DNA of 64,000 nt from an uncultured delta proteobacterium (GTDB lineage Bacteria; Desulfobacterota; Binatia; UBA9968), in contig CAVWLW010000004.1 in the NCBI GenBank assembly GCA_963755715.1, positions 1-64,000 on the forward strand, given 5' to 3'. The translations under genes and the position numbers were made by a program. Under the pieces are notes generated by a model that made no database searches, was not told where the DNA came from, and worked only from the letters and a program-made list of their open reading frames with translations. Shown one piece after another: positions 32,109 to 43,147 of the stretch (positions within the stretch are counted from its first letter, which is position 1; each line of letters opens with the position of its first letter).

Positions 32109-32423
32109 AACTGTAGCTCCTTTCTATTCTATGGCCTCCACCCATAACCGGCCCTCAATATATTCGGCTACTAGAAACATTACAGCTGATCTAAAAACGC
32201 TCGACGGACGCCAACACTTCGTATTCCTAAAAGATGTAGAGAGAAGAGACTAGCAAGCTATTGGCAAACAATCTTATCATCTCGATTAATACCACAGCAG
32301 TCCATATCGTTGTCAAGGCTGCGGTGGGACGCGCCATACCAAAATTAATAAGGGCCCGTGAGGTAAAGAGGAAGGAAAACATGGAAAACGCGTCGAGTTT
32401 AGGCTATCTTTTTGTAAGCTCTA

Positions 32424-34820
32424 ATGGCTGATCCCGCTCAAAGGTCCCACGCAGTCCGCGGCTACTGCGCGCTGTGCACGGCACACTGCGCGACGGTCGC
32501 GACGGTCGAGAATGGCCGCGTGATTCGACTCGATCCGGATCATGATCATCCCAACGGCGGCGTGATATGCATCAAAGGTAAAGCCGCGCCGGAGCTGGTC
32601 TACAATCAGGACCGGCTCGATTATCCACTCAGACGCACCCGCCCCAAAGGCGCTCCGGATCCGGGATGGCAGCGCGTCTCGTGGGACGAAGCCCTCGATG
32701 ACATTGCCAGGCGCATTGTGGAAATTCGCGAGCGTCACGGCGCGAAATCCATCGCGCTTGCCAAAGGCACCAAGAGCGGCACATCCGTCGACGATGCCGA
32801 GCGCTGGCTCGGACGATTGCTTTATCTCATCGGCAGTCCGAATTGGGTGTCGACGACGCATGTTTGCAATTGGCACAAAGATAGCGGCTTCAGTTACACC
32901 TTCGGATCGAACCTACCGACTCCCGATCTCGAGCACAGCAAGAGTTTTTTGCTCTGGGGCCATAACCCGAGCTCGACCTCGCTCATCCTTGCACATGACA
33001 TCGTCCAGGCGCGCGCCCGGGGCATGAAAACAGTCGTAATCGATCCGCGCCGCATCGGCATCGGCGCGCAAGCCGACATGCTTTTGCAACCGCGCCCAGG
33101 CACCGACGGCGCGTTGGCGCTCGCTTTAATCCATTGTTTGATGGAGGAAAGCTGGTACGACGCCGGGTTCGCGCGACAATGGACTAACGGGGTTTTTCTT
33201 TTGAACGCAGCGACGAATCGATTAGTCGCTGAATCCGAGATTTCATCGAGCGGTTCGGCTGATCGGTTCGTAGTGTGGGACGAGGCGGGCGGTCAGCCGG
33301 CGGTTTATGATCCCTCAGCTGGCAAATACGACCGTGACAGCGTGATGCCGGCGCTGTTCGGCACACGAGCACTCAAAGGAAAAAACGGCGAAGAAATATT
33401 CTGCAAGCCGGTCTTCGAGCGTCTCAGCGACATTGCCGCGCCATTTGCCCCGAACGTTCGGAGAAAATCCATTGGGTCGCGGCCGATAAAGTTTGGCAAA
33501 CAGCGCTGCTGTTAGCGCATAACCGGCCGCGTCAGTATGTACATGTGGAACGGCCTCGGCCAACATACCAATGCGACGCAAACCAGCCGCGCGGTCGCAT
33601 CGCTCTATGCGCTGCTCGGTGACTTCGATCGTCCAGGCGGCAACGTGATTTTCCCCAAGGTGAAAATCAACGAGGTCGATGGCAAGGAATTTCTGCCAAA
33701 AGAGATCGCCGCCCTGCGCATCGGCCGCGAGCGCAAACCGCTCGGGCCGCCGGCCAAGCCCGGCAACTGCGCCGCCTATGACGTCTTCACGGCGATCCTC
33801 GAAGAACAGCCGTACCCGGTCAAAGCCCTGTTGAACTTCGGCTCCAACACCATCATGTCCAACGCCGATTCGCGGCGCGGCCGTGACGCGATGAAAAAAT
33901 TGGAATTCGCCGTCGCAGCAGATCTGTTCATGACGCCGACGGCGGAGCTTTGTGATTACGTGTTGCCGGCGACGAGCTTCCTGGAAATGGCGAATATCAC
34001 AACCGCCTTCGAACACCGCCGCCAGGGAAAAACCCATCTGCAATATCGCCCGGCTGTCATCGAGCCTTTGGCCGAGCGGCGCTCCGACACCTGGATCATA
34101 TTCGAGTTGGCGAAACGCCTGGGCTTCGGTGACAAATTCTGGAATGGCGATATCGATGCTGCCTATGCTTACGAGTTGCAACCGAGCAGCGTCACATTAG
34201 AGCAGCTCAAAAACTCACCGGCGGGCATTTCTTTGCCGGCGGAACCAGCTTATGAAAAACACGCGAATGTGAATAAAGAGGGAGCCAAGCGCGGCTTTGC
34301 CACACCGTCAAGAAAAGTCGAGCTTTACTGCCAGCCTTTCGCGGCCAATGGAATTCCCGCCATGCCGGAATACGTCGAGCCCGCCGTGAGCCCGCTCAGC
34401 CGTCCCGATCTCGCGGCTAAATTCCCGCTCGTGCTGACCAACGCGAAATTCACAACCTATATCCACAGCCAGCAGCGCGCGCTGCCGAGCCTGCGCAAAG
34501 CATCGCCCGAGCCGAGTGCCGACATTCATCCCGAGACCGCGCTCCGTTTCGGCGTGAAGAACAAAGAATGGATGATGGTGGAAAGCCCGCGCGGCGCAAT
34601 AAAAGTAAAAGCGCGGGTCACGACGAATATTATTCCCGGCGTCGTCTGCTGCCAACATGGCTGGTGGCAAGCGTGCAAAGAATTGGCGCTGCCGAGTTAT
34701 GATCCATACGAAATCAGCGGCGCTAATCCCGGCACGCTGATCGGCACCGACGTCGCCGATCCGGTGAGCGGCTCCCTGCCGCACCGCTCTTATCTCTGCC
34801 GCGTTCGTCCGGCGGAATAA
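32424..34820 (+). CDS. Molybdopterin oxidoreductase (DMSO reductase family), with two compensating indels at about 33450-33530
   Basis: CALCTAHC...CIKG Fe-S motif, RLDYPL, WGHNP, PRPGTDGALAL, DYVLPA, FATPSRKVEL, IHPETA. The middle reads PERSEKIHWVAADKVWQTALLLAHNRP in a shifted frame. Confidence 0.9.
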
Positions 34821-34832
34821 AAAATCGCAGAG

Positions 34833-35615
34833 CTATAAATTGGCGGCTTTGAGATCGGCGAGCAGCGCCGCTACAATATCCGCCAGGGCCTGGTCCCAAC
34901 CTTTGATTAAAGCCTCCGGTGATTTTTCACTGAGCGGCACCGATTTTTCATAGCGCTTTTGTAAGCTGACGCCGGAAGCGGCGGCATCTTGGTTGTACAA
35001 GAAAAATTCTATTTCTAACACCGCCGCTGGCCGGCTCGGGTCACGAAAGTCGCCGTAAAGCGCGTTGATCGATCCTTCCAAGACATAATTCGGTTGCAGC
35101 GAATTCGACGGCCCGACGACATATTTGAATAATTCCGAGGCGGCGAGCCCTTTGCGCAACTCTTCGCCGATCATCGAGTCAGGAGCGATCAGAAACTGAT
35201 TGTAAAAATCGGCCTCGTACGCCGCCGTCGAGGTGCGGTAGACAAAACTCCTGTCGGCGTAGCGCGGCGAGATGCGCAGACTTGCCACCGACAGGACGCG
35301 ATCGCTCGTGGAATTCGGCGACTTGCCCGGCGCAAGCTCGAGCGCGAAGTAATGCCGATCGGGATAGCTTTTTTCCAAGCTGACGCAGCCAATCAAGAAA
35401 ATCATTAGCAGCAAAGCACCGCGCTGGATTAGCCATTTAGACCCGGCGCCTAGCGGTAGAATCGCGCGCCCGCAGCGGCATCGCGCCGAGCGAACACTGA
35501 CCTTATCGAAGCGGCGAGCGGACCGAACGAAAAGCGGGCGCGTGGCGCTTATCGAGGCGCGCCCGGACAAGTTTAAATGGTTTTTACGATTCACTCGTCT
35601 GCGCCGCCGGTTCAT
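34833..35615 (-). CDS. ABC auxiliary lipoprotein (PqiC-like); true start uncertain
   Basis: LIGC lipobox, FVYR, DFYNQF...P, LEGSINALYGDF; downstream of the MlaD-like gene. Confidence 0.8.
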   Translation of the reverse strand: MNRRRRRVNRKNHLNLSGRASISATRPLFVRSARRFDKVSVRSARCRCGRAILPLGAGSKWLIQRGALLLMIFLIGCVSLEKSYPDRHYFALELAPGKSPNSTSDRVLSVASLRISPRYADRSFVYRTSTAAYEADFYNQFLIAPDSMIGEELRKGLAASELFKYVVGPSNSLQPNYVLEGSINALYGDFRDPSRPAAVLEIEFFLYNQDAAASGVSLQKRYEKSVPLSEKSPEALIKGWDQALADIVAALLADLKAANL

Positions 35616-36670
35616 CGTTGCATGGCTTTCGACGGCGGCGGTGGCGCGCCGAACAGCACCTGGGACGGATATTTTTTTGAGTTCTCGGTAATCTCTTTCA
35701 TGTTCTCGGAAACCGCGCGCAAATTGTCCATGGTCTTTTCGATGTCGCGCTGTTGGTTGGCGAGCAAGCGATTCATGCGCTGGATGGTCTGACGTAGCTC
35801 AGTACTCGTCTGCGGTAAATCGTTAGCCGCCGAATCCAGGCGCTTAACTAAGCGATTCAAGCTCTCGGTCGCCTGGGGCAGATCTGTCAGCATTTGATTG
35901 ATCGGCTTTTCCGCGCGCTCGATGATCTGCCGCGCCCGCCCCGCGCTTGCCGAGACGTCGGCGACGGCGGTTTTGAGCTCCGGATTGCTCACGAGAGTGT
36001 TTATTTGCCGGTTGGTTGCGCGCAACTCACTCAGCAGCGCATTGGCCTGTGCACCGATCTTATCGAGATTGGCGTTCTCCGCAAGCTTGGTAATGGCCAC
36101 GATCGACTTATCAATCGTTTGGCTGAGTTGAGCAATATCGATATCACTGAAGTTGCGCAGGATGCGCTCCACGGCCTCGCTCAACTGTGTGATCCGGCTG
36201 CGCGTTGACGGGATATAGGGATACTCGGGTTGCCAATCAATCTCCAGCGGCGGATTCCGTTCCGGTTCCAGGTAGTCTGCTTCCAAATAGGCGACTCCGG
36301 TCAAACCTTGCGGAGCGATGCGAATGCGAAAGCCGCGATCGAGCGCCTGCTTCAGCTGTGGGCTTCTCGGGTCATTGACCGGGAACGGAAGGATGTTGGA
36401 CGAGATCGACACGCGCACCAGCACATACTCACGCCTCGTCGCGTATTCCGCGCTGGTCAGCGAAATTTGTTCGACCCTGCCGACGGGTACGCCGCGAAAC
36501 TTTACCGGCGAGCCGACGTCCAACCCTTGAACGGACTCGTCGATGTAGGTCTCGACGATGCTTTTTTTCTGAAAGATCGTGCCGACGCCCAGCACGACGA
36601 CACCGATGATGCCGATGACGACCGCGCTGATGACAAAAATTCCGATTTTAAAGTAACTGAACTTTTCCAT
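35612..36670 (-). CDS. mlaD: MCE/MlaD family protein
   Basis: N-terminal TM, SVQGLDVGSPVKFRGVPVG, QGLTG, long helical tail. Confidence 0.9.
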   Translation of the reverse strand: MEKFSYFKIGIFVISAVVIGIIGVVVLGVGTIFQKKSIVETYIDESVQGLDVGSPVKFRGVPVGRVEQISLTSAEYATRREYVLVRVSISSNILPFPVNDPRSPQLKQALDRGFRIRIAPQGLTGVAYLEADYLEPERNPPLEIDWQPEYPYIPSTRSRITQLSEAVERILRNFSDIDIAQLSQTIDKSIVAITKLAENANLDKIGAQANALLSELRATNRQINTLVSNPELKTAVADVSASAGRARQIIERAEKPINQMLTDLPQATESLNRLVKRLDSAANDLPQTSTELRQTIQRMNRLLANQQRDIEKTMDNLRAVSENMKEITENSKKYPSQVLFGAPPPPSKAMQR

Positions 36671-36713
36671 CGGCTAGAATGCCGGTTCCATCCGTCAACG
36701 AGCCCGGTGCGCG

Positions 36714-37487
36714 TCAATTTTCACTCGAGGCTTGGCGAAAAAAGAATTGATGAACTCTCGGGTCGTCACTGTGATCGCGAAGCTCTTGGGGACTGCCGAC
36801 CGCAACAATGCCTTTCTCTTGTTTATCCAACATAATTACCCGATCCGCAATCGTGAAGATACTCGGCAGCTCGTGGGTGACCACGATGAAAGTGATTTTC
36901 AAGCTGCGCGCCAGGCTTAAAACCAATTGATCCAGCTCCGCGGAAGTAACTGGGTCCAACCCGGCCGACAGCTCGTCGAGGAACAACATGCGCGGATCGA
37001 GCGCCATGGCGCGCGCGATAGCCCCTCTTTTCTGCATGCCGCCGCTCAGCTCCGACGGCATGCGATCCGCTACGCCGCTCAAGCCGACCCTCTCGAGCTT
37101 CATCAGCGCGATCAAGCGAATCGCTTCAGGCGGCAGGTCGGTGAATTCTTCCAGAGGCAGAGCGACGTTTTCGACCAGTGTCATGGAGCCGAACAAGGCG
37201 CCGCTTTGATACATCACGCCGAACTTTCGCAGAATCTTCAGCCGCGCCGCGCCGGAAGCCGCGGCGATATCTTCGTCGTCGATTAACACCTTGCCCGCCA
37301 CGGGTTTGTAAAGCCCGATCATGTGTTTGAGCAAGGTGCTCTTCCCCGAGCCGGAGCCGCCGAGTATGGCGAGCACTTCGCCGGCGTAGACTTCGAAATT
37401 GATGTGATCCAGGACGACCTGACCGTCGTAGGCGGCCTTCAAGTCCGCCACTCGGATGATCACCTCCCGCTCGGATCCGCTCGCCAT
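36714..37487 (-). CDS. mlaF: MlaF-like ABC ATPase
   Basis: GGSGSGKS, YQSGALF, LSGGMQKR, DELSAGLDP, VTH. Confidence 0.92.
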   Translation of the reverse strand: MASGSEREVIIRVADLKAAYDGQVVLDHINFEVYAGEVLAILGGSGSGKSTLLKHMIGLYKPVAGKVLIDDEDIAAASGAARLKILRKFGVMYQSGALFGSMTLVENVALPLEEFTDLPPEAIRLIALMKLERVGLSGVADRMPSELSGGMQKRGAIARAMALDPRMLFLDELSAGLDPVTSAELDQLVLSLARSLKITFIVVTHELPSIFTIADRVIMLDKQEKGIVAVGSPQELRDHSDDPRVHQFFFRQASSEN

Positions 37488-38621
37488 CTAGACTCCCAGA
37501 TAATAATAAACCACCGAGAAGACGCCGTCGGTGAGCGCGATCAAGATAATGCCGCTCACGACGGCGCTGGTGGTCGATTCGCCGACCGATGCCGCGCCGG
37601 ATTTGGTTTGCAAGCCGCGCTGGCAGCCGATGCCGGCGACAAGAATGCCGAACGCGAACGATTTCACCAGACCGCCGACCAGCGATCCGTAGCTGACCGC
37701 ATATTGGATCTGATGAAAATAGGTGATCAGCGGGAATCCCAACGATAACATGACAACCGCGCCACCGATCAATCCGACCAAATCCGCGAAGATCGTCAGC
37801 AGCGGTGTCATGCACACCGCGGCGACCACCCGCGTGACGATCAAGAAGCGCACGGGATCGAGTCCCATAGTTTTGAGCGCGTCGATCTCTTCGCGCACTT
37901 TCATCGTGCCAAGCTCCGCGGCGAACGCCGAGCCCGAGCGGCCCGCTAAAATGATCGCGGTCATCAGCGGACCCAATTCGCGCAACATCGAAAGCCCGAT
38001 CAAATTGGCGATAAAAAGCTGCGCGCCGAACTGGCGCAATGGAACGGCGGCTTGAAAAGCCATGATCAGACCCATGAGAAAACTGACCAGAGCGACGATC
38101 GGCAAAGCGTTGACTCCTGCAGCCTCGGCGACGCGCAGGGCATCGCGCCAGCGCACGCTTTGCGGATGGAGCGCCGCATACGCAAGCCCGGCGCCGAGCT
38201 CGCCGACAAAGCTCACGAGGATCTGAATGTCACGCCACACTTCGACTGTGGCTTGGCCGATTTCCTCGGCAATTCCCGGGCGCGCCGTCTCGCCGGTGAC
38301 GTCCACCACCCGCGCGACGCCATCGTCGAGCAGATCCGCGAACTCCGGCCTCAGTCCATCGATGCGCAAATCGCCGTTGGCTTTGTTCTGCAAACGGCGC
38401 AGATGAACCAGCAAAGCGATCCCGGCGCCGTCGCAGTACTCGATGCCGGTCGCATCGATCAAAACGTTTGCCACATGGGCGCCATTAACCGCGGTCGAGG
38501 CGCGCCGCCATATGCCGCCGGTGGTGCTCGAATCGAGACGGCCCGCGATAATGAGTTTCAATACGCCGTCGCTCGGTCCTTCCGAGCGTAGGTCGACATC
38601 TGTGTGTGGAGATGAGGCCAT
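37488..38621 (-). CDS. mlaE: STAS-fused MlaE permease
   Basis: N-terminal STAS domain; RELGPLMTAIILAGRSGSAFAAELGTM. Confidence 0.92.
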   Translation of the reverse strand: MASSPHTDVDLRSEGPSDGVLKLIIAGRLDSSTTGGIWRRASTAVNGAHVANVLIDATGIEYCDGAGIALLVHLRRLQNKANGDLRIDGLRPEFADLLDDGVARVVDVTGETARPGIAEEIGQATVEVWRDIQILVSFVGELGAGLAYAALHPQSVRWRDALRVAEAAGVNALPIVALVSFLMGLIMAFQAAVPLRQFGAQLFIANLIGLSMLRELGPLMTAIILAGRSGSAFAAELGTMKVREEIDALKTMGLDPVRFLIVTRVVAAVCMTPLLTIFADLVGLIGGAVVMLSLGFPLITYFHQIQYAVSYGSLVGGLVKSFAFGILVAGIGCQRGLQTKSGAASVGESTTSAVVSGIILIALTDGVFSVVYYYLGV

Positions 38622-38679
38622 GTCAGTGTCGAAAATTAGACGACGTTATCATTATGCTGGGTCCAGCTTTCCGGTCAAC

Positions 38680-39996
38680 CTAAGACCGAATGGCGATCTT
38701 GCGCGGCGCGCGCACCATTACGCTCAAGATGGCGGACAACACGAGCGCGCCAACGAAGGCGATAAAAGACAAATGATAGCTGCCGGTCACGTCGTGAACA
38801 AACCCGAAGAACGGCGCGCCGGCGGCGCCGAATGCGTAGGTGACGAAGATGCCCAGGCCGCGCACCGTACCCAGTGAGACCCGGCCGAAGTAAGTAGCCC
38901 AGATCAGCTCTTGCAGCACAAAGCTTCCACCCAAGCCGATCCCGTAGAGAAAAAAACCGACATAGATCGCCAACAGTTGACCACTCGCAATCGTGACCGC
39001 CAAGCCCAGCGCCTGGATAAGAAACATCATCGTGCTCGAATGGCGGATCTCAATCCGCTCGCTGATAAAACCCCAGATCAAAGTGGAACCAAGCTGCGTC
39101 GAAGCGATGATCGTCAACGTGGTCGCGGCCACCATCGCACTAAAGCCAATATCGGTGACATAGGCAAACACATGGAGATTGAGACCCGCGATGCCAACGT
39201 TGGCCATGCCGTACATGAAACAGATAATCCAAAACGTGCGCGTGCCGATGATTTCGCGGCGCGACCAGACGATTTCGTCGCCGCGGCGCACGACTTCGGC
39301 CGCGCGCCTGCGCTCAGCTAGGGCGCCGGATTGCGCCGACGCATGGGCGCCGTCTGGCATCAATCCCATCTCTTCCGGGCTTCGCCGCATGAATACGGCC
39401 GCGGGAATAACGACCAGAACCAAAGTCAACAATCCGAAGACGGTCCAGGTCGAACGCCAGCCGACCCAGACGAACAGCGTCGCCGTCACGATCGGAATCA
39501 AGACTTTGGCCAAGCCTTGACCAAGGCTTGCAATCGCAATCGCGCGCCCGCGCTTGCGCACGAACCAGCGCGAGATCGTCACGCTCACGACCATCTGGCA
39601 CATCAACACCCCGCCGATGGCGACGAAGACCCAGCGCACTAACAAAAACTGCCAGAACGCGCTCGCCTGGCTGAGCAATACGAAACCGATGCCGGCCGAC
39701 AACGCGCCGCCGGCCATCAGCCAACGGCCGCCGTAGCGGTCGACGAGTGGCCCGATCAGCGGCGCCAATGCGCCGGCAAGGAGGATTTCTCCCGAGCGCA
39801 GCACGGAAAACAGCCCGCGCGAAACCGCTAAGTCCTCGGTCAAGGGCTTGAGAAACACGCTCAAGGTGCTCGACATATGAAACGCGCAATTCACCTGCGC
39901 GAGAAAGCCGACGGTGACGATATACCAGCCGTAGAAAATTTTTGGTTTTTGAATGGCAGTTGGAGTTGAGTTGTAGGAATCCAAAGGAGAAACCAA
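38680..39996 (-). CDS. MFS transporter
   Basis: FYGW, GPLVDRYG, WFVRKRGRA, about 12 TM segments. Confidence 0.9.
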   Translation of the reverse strand: MVSPLDSYNSTPTAIQKPKIFYGWYIVTVGFLAQVNCAFHMSSTLSVFLKPLTEDLAVSRGLFSVLRSGEILLAGALAPLIGPLVDRYGGRWLMAGGALSAGIGFVLLSQASAFWQFLLVRWVFVAIGGVLMCQMVVSVTISRWFVRKRGRAIAIASLGQGLAKVLIPIVTATLFVWVGWRSTWTVFGLLTLVLVVIPAAVFMRRSPEEMGLMPDGAHASAQSGALAERRRAAEVVRRGDEIVWSRREIIGTRTFWIICFMYGMANVGIAGLNLHVFAYVTDIGFSAMVAATTLTIIASTQLGSTLIWGFISERIEIRHSSTMMFLIQALGLAVTIASGQLLAIYVGFFLYGIGLGGSFVLQELIWATYFGRVSLGTVRGLGIFVTYAFGAAGAPFFGFVHDVTGSYHLSFIAFVGALVLSAILSVMVRAPRKIAIRS

Positions 39997-40140
39997 CGCG
40001 ACGCGAGGGTTTCAAAGTACCAAGGTTCGCCGCGCTTGTAAAAGCAAGAGCCGTCGACAGTTTGATTCCCGCGCGCCTCAGGCTATATAGGAAGGACGCG
40101 AAACCAACACACGTTCACCGGTCAAGAAAGGACGGTTGTC

Positions 40141-40490
40141 ATGACGCAAAAAGGGTTGAGGCATATTGCTCTAAAAGCCGCGATCTCAAAAAAACCGAAG
40201 AGTTCTACATCGGCGTGTTGGGTTGCAAAGTCGCTTTCCGCCATCCGCCAAGCATGATCTTTCTGACCACTCCCGGTAGCGGCGATCTATTGAACTTTGT
40301 AAAGAGCTCCGCGCGCACATCCGGGACCCAAGGCTTGGAGCATATCGGCTTTAAGATGACCGCGGCGCAGCTCAAGAAAATGGAAAGGACCCTCAAAGAG
40401 CGAGGCGTCAAAATCGCCGACCGACGCGGCAAAGATGCCTTTTATTTTTTCGATCCGAACGGCTATCAGATCGAATACTACTGCGACTGA
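40141..40490 (+). CDS. VOC/glyoxalase family protein (one A missing near 40175)
   Basis: ATG 40141 gives MTQKGLRHIALK, which continues in the shifted frame as SRDLKKTEEFY..VLG, LEHIGF, YFFDPNGYQIE. Confidence 0.85.
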
Positions 40491-40561
40491 TGTGGAGATT
40501 CCTGCCAGACCGGCGGAATCATGAATTTGCCCGGCCTAATGGCCATCTTTCGCGGAGCGCA

Positions 40562-41617
40562 TTAGAACAAGCTCAACTGATCTTTTGCCGGCCTGCGAAA
40601 GTGCTCCGTCGTGAGCTTCGGCCATCTTTCGCTAATACCGGACTTCTTCCGCGCTAGCTGAAACAACTTGGCCATCTGCTCGGCGTAAATCCCTTCGCCG
40701 CGCATGCGCGTCTTGAAATTCGGATCGTTGAGTTTGCCGCCGCGAATTTCGCGCACGCGGTTAAGAATCTTTTGCTTCTTGTCCGGATAATGCTGATTGA
40801 GCCACTGCTCGAACAACGACTTCACGGCAAAAGGCAAGCGCAACGCGACGTATCCTGAAAAAGTCGCGCCCGCTTTCGCCGCCGCCAGCGCAATCGCCGG
40901 AGCTTCCGAATCGGTGAGACCTGGAATCATAGGCGCCTGCAGATAACCGACCGGCACGCCGCCTTCGGCCAGCGCCTTGATCGCCGCCAAGCGCCGCGCC
41001 GGCCGCGACGCGCGCGGTTCGAGCAACGACGACAACCTATGATCGAGCGTCGTCAGCGAAAGCGTCACGCCGACGCAGTCGTAGCGGGCGAGCTCGGAAA
41101 GAATATCAATATCGCGAGTCACCAGATGATTCTTGGTGATGATCACCACCGGATTGCGAAAATCTAGCAGGACTTCCAAGCAGCGCCGCGTCAGTTGCCT
41201 TTTCTTTTCCGCCGGCTGGTAACAATCGGTGTTGCCGCTTAGCGCGATCAATTGCGGCTTCCAAGCGCGGCTCGACAATTGCTTACGCAACAGTTCCGGC
41301 GCGTCTTCTTTGACCATGATCTTGGTTTCGAAATCGAGGCCGGATGAAAAGCCGAGATATTCATGCGACGGCCGAGCGTAGCAATAAACGCAACCATGCT
41401 CGCATCCCCGGTACGGATTGACGCTGGTGTCGAAACCGACATCGGGGCTGTCGTTATAGGCGATGATCGATTTCGAACTATCGACAAAAAATTGGGTCTG
41501 CGGTGAAGAGATATCGTCGCTGTCCTGCGGCGGCTCGGGCACCCGCTCGATGGATTCGAAGCGGTTCTTCGGGTTGACTGCGGCGCCGCGGCCACGCACA
41601 GGAGGCAGCGAGGTCAT
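40562..41617 (-). CDS. Radical SAM protein, PA0069/spore photoproduct lyase-like
   Basis: GRGA, NPYRGCEHGCVYCYAR, SGNTDCYQP, LEPRA, QLSLF end. Confidence 0.92.
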   Translation of the reverse strand: MTSLPPVRGRGAAVNPKNRFESIERVPEPPQDSDDISSPQTQFFVDSSKSIIAYNDSPDVGFDTSVNPYRGCEHGCVYCYARPSHEYLGFSSGLDFETKIMVKEDAPELLRKQLSSRAWKPQLIALSGNTDCYQPAEKKRQLTRRCLEVLLDFRNPVVIITKNHLVTRDIDILSELARYDCVGVTLSLTTLDHRLSSLLEPRASRPARRLAAIKALAEGGVPVGYLQAPMIPGLTDSEAPAIALAAAKAGATFSGYVALRLPFAVKSLFEQWLNQHYPDKKQKILNRVREIRGGKLNDPNFKTRMRGEGIYAEQMAKLFQLARKKSGISERWPKLTTEHFRRPAKDQLSLF

Positions 41618-41625
41618 ACGATACC

Positions 41626-42018
41626 CTACGAAGCGGCGGGCGGAGTCTGAGCGGGAGCAGCCGGAGCAGCGGGTTTTGCCGCAGCTGCGGCCGTCGCCAA
41701 CTTCGCGTCATGCGCGAGATGGCGTGTCACTCTCTTCATTAACTTGACCTTGCGCCGGAGCTTTTTGATTTTTTTGCGATCATCGCTCGATGTTAGAAGT
41801 TCGGCTTTCTGCTTCTGCAGCGCTCGTATGTCTTGTTTGACCGCGTGAATCGCATTCAGGTCCTTATGCGTCTCGTCGTAAGGAATCCCCTGAGCCGCCG
41901 CGATCGCTTTGATCAGCTCCTCTTTTTCCAGAGCGATGACGTTTTTAAGCTCGGTTTCCTGCTTCGCCACGTCGCGTAGTTTCGGCATCGGAAGTTTTCT
42001 GAGTTCTTTCAATTCCAT
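41626..42018 (-). CDS. Small basic protein with a Rho N-terminal-like helical domain
   Basis: ELRKLPMPKLRDVAK...LEKEELIKAI, coiled coil, Ala/Pro tail; GGAGG RBS. Confidence 0.65.
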   Translation of the reverse strand: MELKELRKLPMPKLRDVAKQETELKNVIALEKEELIKAIAAAQGIPYDETHKDLNAIHAVKQDIRALQKQKAELLTSSDDRKKIKKLRRKVKLMKRVTRHLAHDAKLATAAAAAKPAAPAAPAQTPPAAS

Positions 42019-42079
42019 CTTCGGATCCCTCCCTTTGACAACTTAACTCCTGCTAGCATATTTAACTTGTAAAACCAAA

Positions 42080-42748
42080 ATGGCAACGACGCAAAAGCTT
42101 AACGCTGAATCCACGACCCCATCGGCTCGGATCAAAAAAATCCTCGCGCGACTCGAGAAAGTCCATCCCGACGCCAAGCTCGCTCTCGACTTTACCAATC
42201 CGCTCGAATTATTGATCGCCTTGATCTTGGCCGCTCAGGCGCGCGACGATCTGGTGAACAAAATCACCGTCGACTTGTTCAAGACATATCGAAGCGCCGC
42301 CGATTACGCCAACGCGCCGCCGGCACTGCTGGAAAAGCAGATCGGCAAGATCAACTTTTATCGTAACAAAGCCAAATCGATTCACAACTGCTGTAAAGAG
42401 CTGGTCGAGCGCTTCGGCGGCCAAGTCCCGGACAATCTCAACGATCTTGTTTCCTTGCCAGGCGTGGGGCGCAAGACGGCGAATATCGTTCTCGGCAACG
42501 CCTTCGGCCAGCAAACGATCGGCGTCGACACCCACGTCATGCGTCTTTCACAACGTTTAGGCTTCACCAAAAAGACCGATCCGGACAAAATCGAAGCCGA
42601 CCTCACAGAAATCGTGCCGGAAAAACAACGGGTCCGCTTCTGCCATCTCATGCAGTACCATGGCCGACGAGTGTGCGTCGCCAAAAAGCCAAAGTGTCCG
42701 CAGTGCACGATCAACGGCCTGTGTCCATTTCCAGAGAAAACGAAATAA
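42080..42748 (+). CDS. nth: Endonuclease III, copy 2
   Basis: LILAAQ, LPGVGRKTANIVL, VDTHV, CVAKKPKCPQCTINGLC. Confidence 0.93.
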   Translation: MATTQKLNAESTTPSARIKKILARLEKVHPDAKLALDFTNPLELLIALILAAQARDDLVNKITVDLFKTYRSAADYANAPPALLEKQIGKINFYRNKAKSIHNCCKELVERFGGQVPDNLNDLVSLPGVGRKTANIVLGNAFGQQTIGVDTHVMRLSQRLGFTKKTDPDKIEADLTEIVPEKQRVRFCHLMQYHGRRVCVAKKPKCPQCTINGLCPFPEKTK

Positions 42749-42749
42749 G

Positions 42750-43014
42750 CTTGCGCGCAATCCGGCGAAGGTTCTTATCGTCGGCGCGTCCGGCAATCTC
42801 GGCTTCCATCTTACCCAACATTTGCTGGCGGGACCGCATCGACAGCGTTGGTTGACGCACAAGCGAGCCGGGCAACCTAGACGATGCGGTTGATGTTTTG
42901 ACAAACCGGCTCAAGAGAAACGGGACTGGCGAGATCAGCTTGAATAATTTCGACGTTAGCGGCGCGCTTTTTCAACCGGGACCGGAAGCGTTTCTGCCGC
43001 GCACCAATACCGTT
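42750..43014 (+). pseudogene. NAD(P)-dependent epimerase/SDR remnant with an internal ~90 bp inversion
   Basis: Plus strand KVLIVGASGNLG...THKRA; minus strand 42959-42871 ANVEIIQADL...NRIV*VA; plus strand from 42961 GALFQPGPEAFLPRTNTV. Confidence 0.65.
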
Positions 43015-43147
43015 TCTCTGTCCGTGCTGCGAATAAGCTGACGCTGCGTGGTTTTTTATCGGCTTGGCATGGCGTCGCAAAATCATAGTTGTTTCCAGGT
43101 GGCGGCCGCTGTACACTACTTCTGCTTAGACTTTTATACAGCGCGTC

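Noticed and set aside
27000-32400. Mobile element or prophage call for the lower-GC blocks
   Set aside because: No integrase, transposase, tRNA or flanking direct repeats were seen.
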